Part shown: in pieces, positions 39,895 to 53,038 of the stretch | Layout of the letters: the number at the start of each line of letters is the position of its first letter | Numbering within the stretch: position 1 is the first letter of the stretch | NCBI GenBank assembly: GCA_002104945.1 | Contig: MCFH01000033.1 | Coordinates: forward strand, 310,001-374,000 | DNA: 64,000 bases | Direction of reading: 5' to 3' | From: Piromyces finnis finn | Lineage: Eukaryota > Fungi > Neocallimastigomycota | The notes under the pieces: model-generated | Told to the model about the DNA's origin: nothing | The model's input: only the letters and a program-made list of their open reading frames with translations | Database searches by the model: none | Program-made: the position numbers and the translations under genes

Positions 39895-40062
39895 GTAAAT
39901 AAATAAATAATAAAATAAATAATTAATTAATAAATATATAAATGAATAAATAAATAAATAAATAATTTATTAATAAATATATAAATGAATGAACAAATAA
40001 ATAAATAATTTATTAATAAATATATAAATGGATGAATAAATAAATAAATAATTTATTAATTT
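39895..40062. repeat. Degenerate AT-rich tandem repeat (AATAAATAAATAATTTATTAATAAATATATAAATG core, about 3 copies)
   Basis: Directly visible next to the AGTAAT array. Confidence 0.7.
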
Positions 40063-41342
40063 AAATGTTTTAAATAAATTATTCATTTTAAAAGTGTATC
40101 CACAAAAAATGAAAAATAATACTTCTTTACAAGTAACAATCAAGTTATATATAAAAAAAAAAGTCATGAAATAGTACATAAGTAAACATCAGTAGCATAT
40201 ACATAAAATTTAAAATGTTTAAAAATTATATTAAAAGAATCTTTTTCATTTCTATTTTTTAACCTTTAAAAAGTAATTCCAATTGGACTTCATTGTCTTT
40301 TTTTTTTTTATTCCTAATTTTTACTTGGTTATTTCCCCTAAACTTTTCCGACCGGCGGTTGTTAATGCTGCTGCTTAGGGTTTTTCTTTTTCTTTTTTTT
40401 ATGTATTAAAATTTGATTTATCCTTTGGAAATTATTGGATTATTGGTTAAATTTTATCCAATCATTTCCTTTAATTTAGATACATTTTTACATTGTTGTA
40501 AGAGATGATACATTAATTTCAATTTAAAATGTATCTAAATTGAAATGAAATACTAATGAAATAGTATAAATAATTATAAATATTGTAATAAATAATTATG
40601 GTATAATCATTAAATACTGTATTGTAATAAAAAAAAAAAAAAAAAACATCATCAAATACATCAAATTGGAATAAATTTTTTTTTAAAAAAAAAACTAAAT
40701 TATTATATATTAAAATTTTTTTTTATTTGGAATATATAAAAAAAGGATTTTTCCTTTTTACTTTTTTTTTTTCTTTACACAAAGTCTTTTATTTAAAATG
40801 TAAAGTATAAAAAAAAAAAAAAAATATATATAAATTTTATAAAAAAGAATATTGTTTAAATATGGGTTAAAAAAAAAAAAGGAATAGTAATCTTTATGAA
40901 AAAATAAAAATATAATAATATGAATATAATAATGGGAATATAATATTATGAATATAATGACAAATACTGGATATATTAATAAAATTAAAATATTTTTTAA
41001 ACATTTAAAAGTTATAAATAAACAATAGATATATATTTGAATAACTAATTATCTCTTTTTTTTTTATGTAATTATATAAATTATTTATATATTTATTATA
41101 AATTTTTTATCTTAAATGTAATATTATATTTAAATTTATTTTCCAATGCTTTGATAATAAAATGGCTTTTGCTTCACAATTTTCATAATTCAATTAAAAA
41201 CCAATTCCAAAAACTTTGAAAACGTGAATTTTCGTATCAACAAAAATCTATTTACAATATTAACTATTGATACAAAAATAAAAAAAAAATGAATTGAAAT
41301 TTTTATAGTAGTTAATTTTAAATTAAAAAAAAAAAAATTAAA

Positions 41343-42422
41343 ATGTCTCAAAAAGTTTATGTTGGTATTTTAGGTGCTACTGGTACCGTTGGTCAACGTT
41401 TCATTGCCTTATTAGAAAACCACCCAATTTTCGAAATTAAGGCTATTGGTGCTTCTGCCAGATCTGCTGGTAAAATTTACTCTGAATGCACTGAAAGAAC
41501 CTGGAAAATGACCACTGACATTCCAGAAAACATCAAGGGTATGACTATTGTTCCATGTGAACCAGAACACTTCAAGGGTTGCAGACTCATTTTCTCTGGT
41601 TTAGATGCTTCTGTTGCTGGTGAAATTGAAACTAACTTTGCTAACGCTGGTTACGCTGTTTTCTCTAACGCCAAGAACCACAGAATGAACCCACTCGTTC
41701 CATTATTAGTTCCACTCTGTAACACTGAACACTTTGATGTTATCAAGTACCAACAAGAAAAGTATGGTTACAAGACCGGTATGATTGTTACCAACGCCAA
41801 CTGTGCCTCTACTGGTTTAGTTGTTGTTTTAAAGGCTCTCCAAAACGCCTTCGGTCCAATCAACAAGGTTATGGTCCACACTTTACAAGCTATTAGTGGT
41901 GCTGGTTACCCAGGTGTTGCTTCCTTAGATATCATTGATAATGTTGTTCCATTCATTGGTGGTGAAGAAGAAAAGGTTGAATCTGAAGCCTTAAAGATGC
42001 TCGGTACCATTAACCAAGAAACTCACGAATTCCAACACTTAACTAACATGAAGATCTCTGCTCACTGTAACAGAGTTCCAGTTGTTGATGGTCACGTCAC
42101 CAACTTATCTATTGAATTCGAAAAGGATGCCCCAAGTGTTGAAGAAGTTATCAAGGTCTTAAAGGAATACACTTGTGAAGCTCAATCCTTAAAGTGCCCA
42201 TCTGCTCCAAAGGAATGTATTATTGTTAAGGACTCTCCAGACAGACCACAACCAAGACTTGACCGTGACAGATACGGTGGTATGGCTGTTACTGTTGGTC
42301 GTGTCAGAGAATGCCCACTCTTTGACATTAAGCTCTCCTTATTAATCCACAACACTATTTTAGGTGCTGCTGGTAGCAGTATCTTAAATGCTGAAGTTGC
42401 TGTTGCTAAGGGTATTTTCTAA
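41343..42422 (+). CDS. HOM2: Aspartate-semialdehyde dehydrogenase (fungal/archaeal type); intronless
   Basis: GILGATGTVGQRF Rossmann motif, catalytic NANCASTG, QAISGAGYPG, HCNRVPVVDGH, HNTILGAAG; strongly biased codons (GGT, GCT, AAC, TTC, AAG). Confidence 0.96.
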   Translation: MSQKVYVGILGATGTVGQRFIALLENHPIFEIKAIGASARSAGKIYSECTERTWKMTTDIPENIKGMTIVPCEPEHFKGCRLIFSGLDASVAGEIETNFANAGYAVFSNAKNHRMNPLVPLLVPLCNTEHFDVIKYQQEKYGYKTGMIVTNANCASTGLVVVLKALQNAFGPINKVMVHTLQAISGAGYPGVASLDIIDNVVPFIGGEEEKVESEALKMLGTINQETHEFQHLTNMKISAHCNRVPVVDGHVTNLSIEFEKDAPSVEEVIKVLKEYTCEAQSLKCPSAPKECIIVKDSPDRPQPRLDRDRYGGMAVTVGRVRECPLFDIKLSLLIHNTILGAAGSSILNAEVAVAKGIF

Positions 42423-43182
42423 ATGAAGGAAAATGCACAAAACTAAACATTCCTTGAATAAAAAAAATCAACATTTTAATATCTATTTATAATAAACCAA
42501 CCATTAAGTATAATAATTTAAAACATTTCCAAAAAAAAAAAAAATGAAAACATTATATAAAAATCAAACGAACAACTATGGAAACAAATAAATAAAAAAA
42601 AAAGTAAAGCCAAAAAAAAAAAAAAAAAATATAAATAAATAAAACAAACATATAAAATAAAGAATTTAATATTTCATTTTTTTTAAAAAAAAAATTAAAT
42701 TGTTGACATCATTAAAGTACAAGAATTTTTTTTTTTTTTTTTTTTTTTAAATTATCTATTTTTTTAATTTAATATAAAAGAAAAAAAAAAAAGTTTTAAT
42801 ATAAAATATTTATTATTTGAATATAAAAAAAAAAAAAAAAAAAAAAGGGATTTTGTTGTGAAAGTCAAAAATTTTAATAAAAGGGAATGGGTGATAAAAA
42901 GTTATTTTTTAGTCGTTGACATTCTGGTTAAAAAAAAAAAAAAAAAGAAAGGTTTGAGTAAAAAATACGATAATATTCTATTCAACATAATTAACCTACT
43001 TTTACCTACATTTTATAAATTTTTAAACTTTAAAATTTTTAAACTTTTAAAATTTTAATTTCAATAAAAAAAAAATTAATTAAAAATTCATGAGCAAAAA
43101 AAAAAAAAAAGATTATTTTTTTAATTATTATTTTTGAAATTATAAACTATTTTTTTTTTTGTAATTATTAAGAAAAAAAAAA

Positions 43183-46100
43183 ATGGATACAGTACCGGTA
43201 TCACCACCAAAGATGATAGAAATGGAAAAATGGACAGATAAAAATAGTAAAACCTATGTTTTAGAATGTAAATGAAAATAAAAATAAAAAAAAAAAAAAA
43301 ATGGATGATATAAAATGATATAATATCTCTAAATATAATATTCTAATGGATTAAACAAATAATTATAATAATTATATTTTAAAAATTCTTTTTTTATTTT
43401 ACTCTCCCTATTATTATTTCATTATTCTATCTATTATATATATATATAAATATAAATATAAATTTTTTTTCTTCTTTTAATGGAAAATGAAACCATTTAT
43501 GATAAACTATAGCTGTTCCTGATTTATTTCAAAGTGATTCAGACGATGATTATTTATACGAAGAAATACCAATAGAAGAATTTGAAGATGATAAAAGTGA
43601 TACAGAAGATGAAAATTTAGAAAAAACAGTCAGAAATATTACAGAAAGAAAATTTTTTGAAGGTTATTATTAAATTATTGAGTTATTAGATAAAAGAAGA
43701 AAAAGAAAGAGATAAATAGATAAAATCTCTTTTTATATATATAATATTTGAAAATTTTATTTTATTTTAAAATAATATCTATATTTATCTCAAACTAAAA
43801 AAAAAAAAAAAAACATAAATACACACATATGTATTAAAAATTATTTATAAAATTTATATATTATTATAATATTATATATATTATATATACATATTTTTTT
43901 TTATGAATGAATGAATGAACAAACCATAGAAAATGAAGCAGAAATAAAAAATATAGAAAAAAATAAAGATAATGTTGCCAGTACGGTAAAACAATCAGAA
44001 GTTGTTGAAGATTATATTAGAAATTTTTTTTATTCCAGAGGATTAAAAAAATCATTAGAAACATTTCAAGTAGGTTATTAAAATAAAATAAATAACTTTT
44101 AAAACACGTTCAACCTTTTTTTTTTTTTTTTAATAAATCAAATATCTTATTTTATATTTCATTTTAAAAAAAAACGAATATATATACAAATATACAATAA
44201 TTATAATAATAAAGGAAGAATGGTATGAATTTAAAAAAAAAGGAAATCTTTCACCAGAAGATAGTGTTATTGTACCAGATGTTTATATAAAAAATCAAAA
44301 ATTAACAGATAATATACAAAAATTAAGAACAAATATTGAAGAATATAAAGAAATAGCAAAGTTAGTAAACAAAAAAGTTTTTTTATTATTATTACATAAA
44401 ATTAAAATGAATAATAGTATACCCTTTTTTTTCTTTATTTCAACATCCTAACATTTAACATTTATAAATCAAAATATATATATACAATAATATACATATA
44501 TCTATTTATATATATATTTATAGTAAAGCCCAATCAACATTTGAAAAATTAAAAAAAGAAAGAGATTTTCACAGAATGCATCATCAACGCGTAGTTCAAG
44601 AAAAGAATAAGTTAATTAACGATATTAATAAATTAAAAAATAAATGTTCAATGTATGAACCTATGGTGGAAGGAATACAAAAAAAGTATGAAACCGTCAT
44701 GAAAGAAAAAATGTTGACTAAATTAGATAGAGATCGTTTAGCCGGAAAAGTAAAGAATAAAAAAAAAATTAAAATAAAATAGATATACTAATAATAATTC
44801 ATAACTAGAATTAATATAATTTATAAATGAAAAAAAAAATAAATTAAAAAATATATATATATCGTAGATAACTTCATTAGAAACAACAATATCACAATTA
44901 GAAAATTTATTAAAAGAAAATGATGGTAATGTACAAAATAATAATAATAATAATAATAATGCTTTTTTATTAAAAATTGTAATTGTACATATATAAAAAT
45001 AATATTTTTTCACACATTTTTTAAATAAAAAATATCTATATATGTTTAAAAAGATAAAAAGAAATATAAAGGAAGTATAACCAATTCAAGAAATTCATTA
45101 AGTGATTTTAAAAATGATATTGAAACCCCCTCTGCTCCTATCAATCTAACCAATAAAAATTCCCATAAACGTGGTGTCTCTGGACGTGAAGGGATTATAC
45201 CCGCAGGAACTAGACAAAATCCATATAGTAATATGGATATACAACCCGTCAATCCTTCTCAAATGAAATTAATTCAAGATATGAAAGGTCATGATGCCGC
45301 TATAAGTTCGTAAGTAAAAAGAATATATTTATATTAATTAATAAAATAATTATCACCGACATCATCTCTTTATTATAAAATTGTAATTATTATTTTCAAT
45401 AAAATTTTTCTCTTATAAACTTCTAATACCTTTTGAATAAATAATTATTTTTTTTATAATGTTTTAAAATTATGGACGATTATTGATAGAATTAAATTAC
45501 ATCCTAAAAAGAAAATATTAGCCACAGTATCCGATGATAAATACTGGAAAATGTGGGCATTCCCAAGTGGTGAATTAATTATGAGTGGTATGGGTCATAG
45601 TGATTGGATTGCTGATTGTGATTTCCATCCAAAGTATGTAAAAAAAAAGAGAATACTTTATAAATTTGAAAATGATATATAGGCTCTATCAAAAAAAAAA
45701 AAAAAAGAAATTGTTATAGATATATATTTTTTTTGAAAATATATAACAGTTTCTTTATATATTTTTTTTATTTATAAAATATATATAAAGAAAAATATAT
45801 ATTAATTATTATTTAAATATTATTTTTAATTAAATTTGCTAATATAAAATTATTATTAATGATTAATTGTATATTATATATATGGTATAAATAAAAAAAA
45901 ATAGAGGTGGTCAGTTAGCCACAGCTTCAGGTGATAGTACAATTAAAATATGGGACTTTGTTAAGGGACAAGCTATATCAACATTATCTGAGCATACTCA
46001 AGCTGTTTGGAGTTGTGTTTATCATGATTTAGGTGATTTCATTGTTAGTGGTTCTATGGATCATACAGCAAAATTATGGGATATTCAAATGTAATCCTAC

Positions 46101-46856
46101 ATTATTCTATTAAATATATATATGTTATTTTTTATTATTTTTATTATATTTATTATATACAAAGTTTCTATGAAATAATTCTAATAATAATTACCGCAAT
46201 TACATTACTTTTCCTTTTTATACAATATATTTGATTTTTATTTATTTAAATAAGGGAAAAGTGTAAACATACATTTAGAGGTCATGGGGATTCCATTAAT
46301 AATGTTGGTTTCCAACCTTATTCTAATATTATGTATACTTGTTCCAGTGATAAAACAATATCATTATGGGATATTAGAACTGGTATGGTAACTCAAACGT
46401 TATGTGGTCATAATAATTCTATCAACTGTGGTTCATTCTCTCTCAAGGTAAATCTTACCTTGATGTATATTTATATATATATTATCTTTTTTTATCGAAT
46501 TGTCTTAATATTTATTCATTTTAAATATTTATAATTTAAAAAAAAATTTTTTTTAATTACAAGGGCAATACATTTGCTTCCTGTGATGCCGATGGTATTG
46601 TTAAATTATGGGATATTCGTACTAATGTAGAACTTTCTACTATAAATTATGGACCAAATTCAACAAATAAACTTTCCTTCGATCCAAGTGGTACCATATT
46701 AGCTGTAGCTAGTGATGATGGAACCTGTAAAATGTAAGTTTTTTTAAAAAAAAAATAATAAAAGAAACCCTTATATAATATTTTTTCATTAGAAAAAAGA
46801 AAATGAAAAAAGGAAAACTAAATTTTTTTTTAAATCAAATGATTTATTATTTTTTC

Positions 46857-46887
<31 letters not shown>

Positions 46888-47024
46888 GCTATAATTGTAA
46901 TACCCGTAATAATGTTAAAATCTTTGGTGGTAAAGAAGAATCTGTTCAGGCGGTTATCTTTGATAATAATGGTGAATATCTTATTACGGCTGGTTCTGAA
47001 GGACATTTCCAAATTTATAAATAA
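43183..47024 (+). CDS. SPAG16: SPAG16/PF20 axonemal central-pair WD40 protein, multi-exon
   Basis: Spliced exons give VVEDYIRNFF...LETFQEEWYEF, KKERDFHRMHHQRVVQEKNKLIND, KEKMLTKLDRD, then WD40 repeats (TASGDSTIKIWD, SGSMDHTAKLWD, SSDKTISLWD, SCDADGIVKLWD). Start inferred at 43183, stop 47022-47024. Confidence 0.9.
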
Positions 47025-48189
47025 ATAAAGAATATGGCCAATAAAAAAGAAAAAAAAAAATTCTATAGGTGATGATCATGCTTAAATATACTATTTTTTT
47101 TTAGTAGATACTTTTTTTATATATATATCCACACCTATATATATATATTTATATTTATTTTGATATTTAAAAAAAATTAATTTAAAACTTACAAAGATAT
47201 TTTTTTCTTTTTTTATCAAAAGAAAAAAGTATATTAGGAAATAGAAACATACGCATAATTTATCTTTTAAATATTTATATAATACATTTAAAAATTTTTA
47301 CCATTAGAAAAATATAAAAGATTTAATAAAATTATACTGCCATAAAAATAAACGACATATTACCAAAAAAAAAAGTAAACTAAATATATTTAAAAACACT
47401 TATAAACAAAATACACACAATAATTTTTTTCTTCTTTCAATATCTTTTTTTTTTTTTTTTTTAAATATTATTCATTTTTTTTAAAATTTTTATTTTTCTT
47501 GAATTAAATAAAAATAATTATATTATTAAATTTATATATATAAATACATGGTTAGATATATATGTGATATATGTGTGTGTGTTTGTGTTTTTTTTTTTTT
47601 TTCTATTTTTTTTTATAATGATGATGATTAATGAGCATTTTTATCATAATTTAATAAAAATGCAAACGCAATGATTAATAATAAGGGATATCTATCTATA
47701 GAAGATATTAGTAGAGTAAAAGGTTAATTTTTTTTATATTATAATACATTTTTTTTTGAACAATACTTTTTTTAATTCTTCCTACAATGATTGATTTTAT
47801 CTATATATTTTCTATTTTTTTTTTTTTTTTTTGAATGAATTATTTACGCTATTATTTTTTTTCTAAAGTTAATACTAATCATATATTATATATATAAGGT
47901 ATGCTTTATTATATGTTGTTTTGTCAACATATAAAATTAGATAGTAATATTACTTTTATTCAATAGTATTATTAAATAAAAGCGATATAAAATTAATTGT
48001 TTAAAAAAAAAGTTTGAATTTTTATTACTATACATTTAAAAATTCTCTCTTTTTTTTTTGTATTTTTTTTATCAAAAATGATATCAATTATTGATTATTA
48101 TCGAACTGGATTTTTTTTTATGATTTTTGATTATTTTTGCGATTATTTAAATAAATATGTATTATTTTACAATTGTAGTTTTTTTTATT

Positions 48190-48908
48190 TTAGTTAACTA
48201 AAATAGCCTTGGTTATTCCATTATTACTTTCAGAATCATTCTTTATTTGTTTTGATTGACTCTTGTTTTTACTTGAACTTAAATCTGGCTTAATTTCAAT
48301 TATAGATTTCTTTGGAGTTTCAAATTTTTTCATTTGATGTGCGGTATTTTCATCGTAAATATTACAAATTCGGTTATAGTCACCACCAACACGATAACTA
48401 ACATTGTATGGATCACACTAATTTTTTTTTTTTTGAATGGGTAAAAAAATTATAAGTATTAATTTCATTATCATTAACCACAACACACTTTAATATTTTT
48501 ATTATGTAGTTATAATAATATTTACCCAAATAATTAAATCTGAAGGGAAACATGAAGAAACGTCTAATCCAGCCTTTTGAGCAGCAAGTAAAATAATAGA
48601 ATCTATTCTACCATCCATTATAGTGATGGATCTTTTATTAAAAGAAAAATAATAATAAAAATAAAATGAATACTTGTAAAAATACTAATTTTTTTTTAAA
48701 TGAATACTTTAATTTTTTTTTAATTCAAAAAATATTTTATTTACCTGAATGCTCCACCCTTAATAGGATTTGATAAATCCCAATGGGAATTATATTTTTG
48801 TGATAAAAGTTGAATTAACTGATTTTTGAAAACTACAATTTTATCTTTTTCAAGTCTGTAGAGGTATCTACATATGAAATCAGAAGCAGAATTAATTTCG
48901 GTAAACAT
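48190..48908 (-). CDS. BTG/Tob-family (anti-proliferative domain) protein; 3 exons; not in the ORF track
   Basis: MFTEINSASDFICRYL...QKYNSHWDLSNPIKGGAFR|SITIMDGRIDSIILLAAQKAGLDVSSCFPSDLIIW|CDPYNVSYRVGG...ILVN*; Box A (HW...KG.AFR) and Box B (W.DP.V.YR) recognisable. Confidence 0.88.
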
Positions 48909-51260
48909 TTTTATTTATGAAATTTATTTTTTTTAAATTTAGTATTATTGAGTTTTTCACTATAAAAAAATTTTTATGAATAAATAATATACATAAATAA
49001 ATAATTAGTATGTTTTTTTTTTTAATAATCTATATAACTATTTTATTTATTTGTAAAATGATAATTTCAAAATTTCCAATTTTTTTTCCCTTCCACTTTA
49101 AATGTATATATAAAAAAAATAATATCAATTGACTCTTTTTTCTACTTACATTTTCTTTTTCTTTTATTTTTTTAAAAAATAAAAAAAATTTTTTCTTTTC
49201 GTTCTATTTTTTTAAAATATATATATATTACTTTTATATATTATTTTAAAAAAAAAAAATAAAATAAAATGTGGTAATGTAAAATAAAAAAAAAAAGTTA
49301 TTTAAACTTTTTGTAACAATTTTTTTATATGAAATTAAACTATTTTTTTTGAAATTTTTTTTTGAATTTTTTTGAATTTTTTTTCTAATATATATATATT
49401 TTAAAAAAATTGGTTTTTTTATCGTTTTTCTTTTTTTTGCCTTCTTTTTGTTTTATCTTTTGGTAAAGAAAAAAAAATCTTTTTACTGCGTAGTAACTCT
49501 TTTTTTTAAAAAAAAAAGTGTACTTTTCCTCTTTTTTTTTTCTTAATAAAAGTTTAAAATTTTAAAAGTTTTTTTTTTTGAAAAATAAATTAGTTTATAT
49601 ATAAATTTCAACTTAATATATTATTATATATTTATTTTATATTAAAGATATATTTAGCAATTATATTTATAATATATTAATTGTAAATAAATGACTTAAA
49701 ATTAATATGTATAATATCATTAACACTTTTATTAATTAAAATTTATAAACTATTTAAAGTTTTATTTTTATATTGAAGATATTTATAATAATATATTATA
49801 ATTGATTACAATATATTATAACAATTTAGTTAATATATTATATGAATTTCTTTAAAATTTTAATATTAATATTTTATCATATTTTTCTTTCTGGAATGAA
49901 ATTTAATTTATTAATATATTGTGAATTAATTTTCAATTCAATTCGAAAGTATTATTATATATAATTGCTTTATATTCAACATACTATATTATTATATGAT
50001 TCTATATATTATTTTGTATTGTGACATTTATTTTATTGTGTTATAGAATTTGTCGATATAAAAAAAATGAATAAATTATTAATTTATTAGATTACATTAC
50101 ACAATGAAATATAATATATGACATTTCAATTTAACAATAGAATATTTTTATTTATTTAATTTATTATTCCATATATTAATTATAATTAAAAATTTTCTTT
50201 TTTTTTTTTTCATTTTGCTTGGTAGCGGTTTAATAAAATCTTCTATTTTATTTGAGTAATCACCTTATGTCTTTTTATATTACTATTTATAAATGGAAAT
50301 ATTTTTTGGAAAGGTGAAGACTAATAATAAAAAAAAAATAGTAAATACATTCTATTAATACTATTTGTAGTATTTTGAATTTATGCCTATTTTTACCCAA
50401 CAATAAATGATAGTGTAGCTAAATTTTTTGGTTCTATTATTTTTAATTTATTAAACTAGAATATAATATTAAATTCTATACCCTACTTTTATATATATAT
50501 AATATATTATTGCATATATTACAATATATTGTATTTTATTATATAAAATCATCTGAAATATATTTTTAAAATTGACCAAATTTTAAATCCCTTAAAAAAC
50601 AATTCATTTTTTATTTATTCATCCTATATATTACAGTATACTTTAATATATTTAGAAAAATATTTAAAAAAAGTGAACTTTTGAAAGTTGCTTTTGGTGT
50701 GTGTATGGTGTGTGGTGTGTGGGTGTTGAAATTTCAAAAGGTTAAAAAAAATAAAAGAATAAACTGGTTTATGGACCATTTTTTCCCAAGTTTCGTACAT
50801 ATCACACTTTTACATTTTCATACAAAGCTATTTTTAAAAGAAAAAAAAACGAATTTAAATCAATGAATTTTGGAAAAATTTAGGCGCATTGGCATAAAAC
50901 TAATAAAAAATTGGATGTACTTTATCATTTAATCGTTATCACTCATTATAATTTCTTATCATGCCTCGTTCATTATTTATTTCATGTCTTACTCTTTACT
51001 TATTCTTTTTTTAGGCAGTGATGATGGTACTTTTTTTGTTGGTGGTGCTTATTTTTTCTGGTTTAATTTTTGTCCTAATTTTTTGTTATAGAAATGGAAA
51101 ATAAAAATGTCTACCATAAAAAATTAAATTAAATTTTAAAAACTTTAATTATTAATATTTTATTAATTATATAAACTGTCAAAAAAAAAAACTTTTTTTA
51201 TGAGAAATGTGGAAATGAAAAAAGAAGCATTGGGAATTTCAATTTTATTTTGAGAAGGTC

Positions 51261-51366
51261 GTATGAGTAATATAAAAGCATGATGGGTAGTATGAGTAAT
51301 AAGAAACAAAAGTAAAAAAAAAAGCATGATGGGTAGTATGAGTAATAAAAAAAAACAAAAGTAAAA
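51261..51366. repeat. 46-bp tandem duplication (AAAAGCATGATGGGTAGTATGAGTAATAA...), two copies plus a partial
   Basis: GCATGATGGG at 51278 and 51324. Confidence 0.85.
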
Positions 51367-52656
51367 AAGGCACACATCAAAATATAAAAAAAAATTATTT
51401 AAATAGTATTGTAATTTCAATAACTTTAAGTATTTGGAAATAACTAATTCATAACATTTATAAAATATTTAAAATTTACCCTATAGTATTTAAAAAGAAT
51501 GGGAAAATTACTTGAAAATAAATGTTTTATAACCTTTTTTTTTTTTTACTAAAACTAATTTGAATTCTCCTTTTTTTAAAAGGATAAAATCATCCAAAAT
51601 GCCTTTTTAATTTCTTGAGAATAGTATTAGTTTTATTTTTTTCATTCATATTCATGTGTCTTTTTTTTTTCCTAATTAAAAAAGGGTAAACACATGAATA
51701 GAAATTAATAAAAATTAATATAGGTTTATAATAATTATATGCTATATAAGTGGTTTAGTGAATAATTAAGAATTTCATTTCATCATTCAAAATATTAAAA
51801 AAATGAATGAATAGTAAAAAATATGACTCTATAATAAATTAAAAGTTATTACCACTGATTTTTTAAATGAACTTTAACGAATGTTAAAAGTAAAAATAAT
51901 AAAGTGACAAAATTCTCAAAATACATTATATATGAAAAGATTATTTCAATATTTATATTTGAAAAAATTATAAATTGCTATCATTTGAATTATTACTATT
52001 ATTAGTATTATTATTATTAGTATTAATATTAGTATTAGTATTATATAGTATAATTAATGAATCTTTTTTTTACTTAAAAATAAAACCCATTAATAGTAAT
52101 AATAGTAGTAATAATAATAATAATGGAATAGCAGCAACTTTTTTTATTATTTATTTTTGACATTTTATGGGTTAGAATTTTGGGTTTTTTTTAATTTTTT
52201 TTTTAATTAATTTAATGAAACACCTGCCCATTGACTGGTTATTGAATAAAAATTTTTTATTGTTGGTTGGTTGTTGGCCGTAATTTTCAATTAATAAAAA
52301 AATATTTTATTTTATTTTTAACCGCCGCTAATTTTTTAAATTTTTTAATATAAAATAAAAAAGGAAATTTTAATTTGTATAAATTTATACATTTTTTAAT
52401 AAAATGTTTTAAATGAAAAAAAAAAAACAAAAAAAAAAAAGAAAAGATGAATTAAAAGAAAAAAGAGAAACAAATTTAAAAAAGAAAGCTTTTTTTTTAT
52501 TTAAATGGAAACCATTATTTAACCTATAAACAAGCAATTATTTAATAGTTTATGAAATAAATATTATAAAAAATAATAATTTTATAAAACTCTTTGTTTT
52601 TATAAAAAAAATTATTAATGTATTATTTATATATATTATTGTATTTATGGTATTAT

Positions 52657-52855
52657 TAACCATTATTATCCTTATTTATTAATCATTATTACAATCATCA
52701 TTATTACCATTATTGATTAACCATTATTATCCTTATTTATTAATCATTATTATAATCATCATTATTATCATTATTGATTAACCATAATTATCCTTATTTA
52801 TTAATCATTATTATAATTATCATTATTATCATTATTGATTAACCATAATTATCAT
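52657..52855. repeat. 61-bp minisatellite, about 3.3 copies
   Basis: TAACCAT unit starts at 52657, 52718, 52779, 52840. Confidence 0.92.
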
Positions 52856-53038
52856 TGTATTTATTTCTTTTATTTCATATCTATTATTTTTTAATTTATT
52901 TCTTTTCACAAAACATATGTTATACTTTTTTTTGAAAATATAAATATTAATATTTTTTTTTATTTTTATGTATTAATAAAATACTAAATAAATAGTATAT
53001 TAATATAATATTTAAAAAATAAATTAAAGGTTTTAAAA

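Noticed and set aside
41343-42422. HOM2 as a recent horizontal transfer because it is intronless and GC-richer
   Set aside because: Sequence is of the fungal/archaeal ASADH type and the bias looks like optimal-codon use in a highly expressed gene.
47610-47980. Exon-like fragments between SPAG16 and the BTG gene (MINNKGYLSIEDISRVK)
   Set aside because: Could not build a convincing spliced product or recognise a family.
51018-51120. C/D box snoRNA from GTGATGA at 51018
   Set aside because: No CTGA box D at a plausible distance and no terminal stem.
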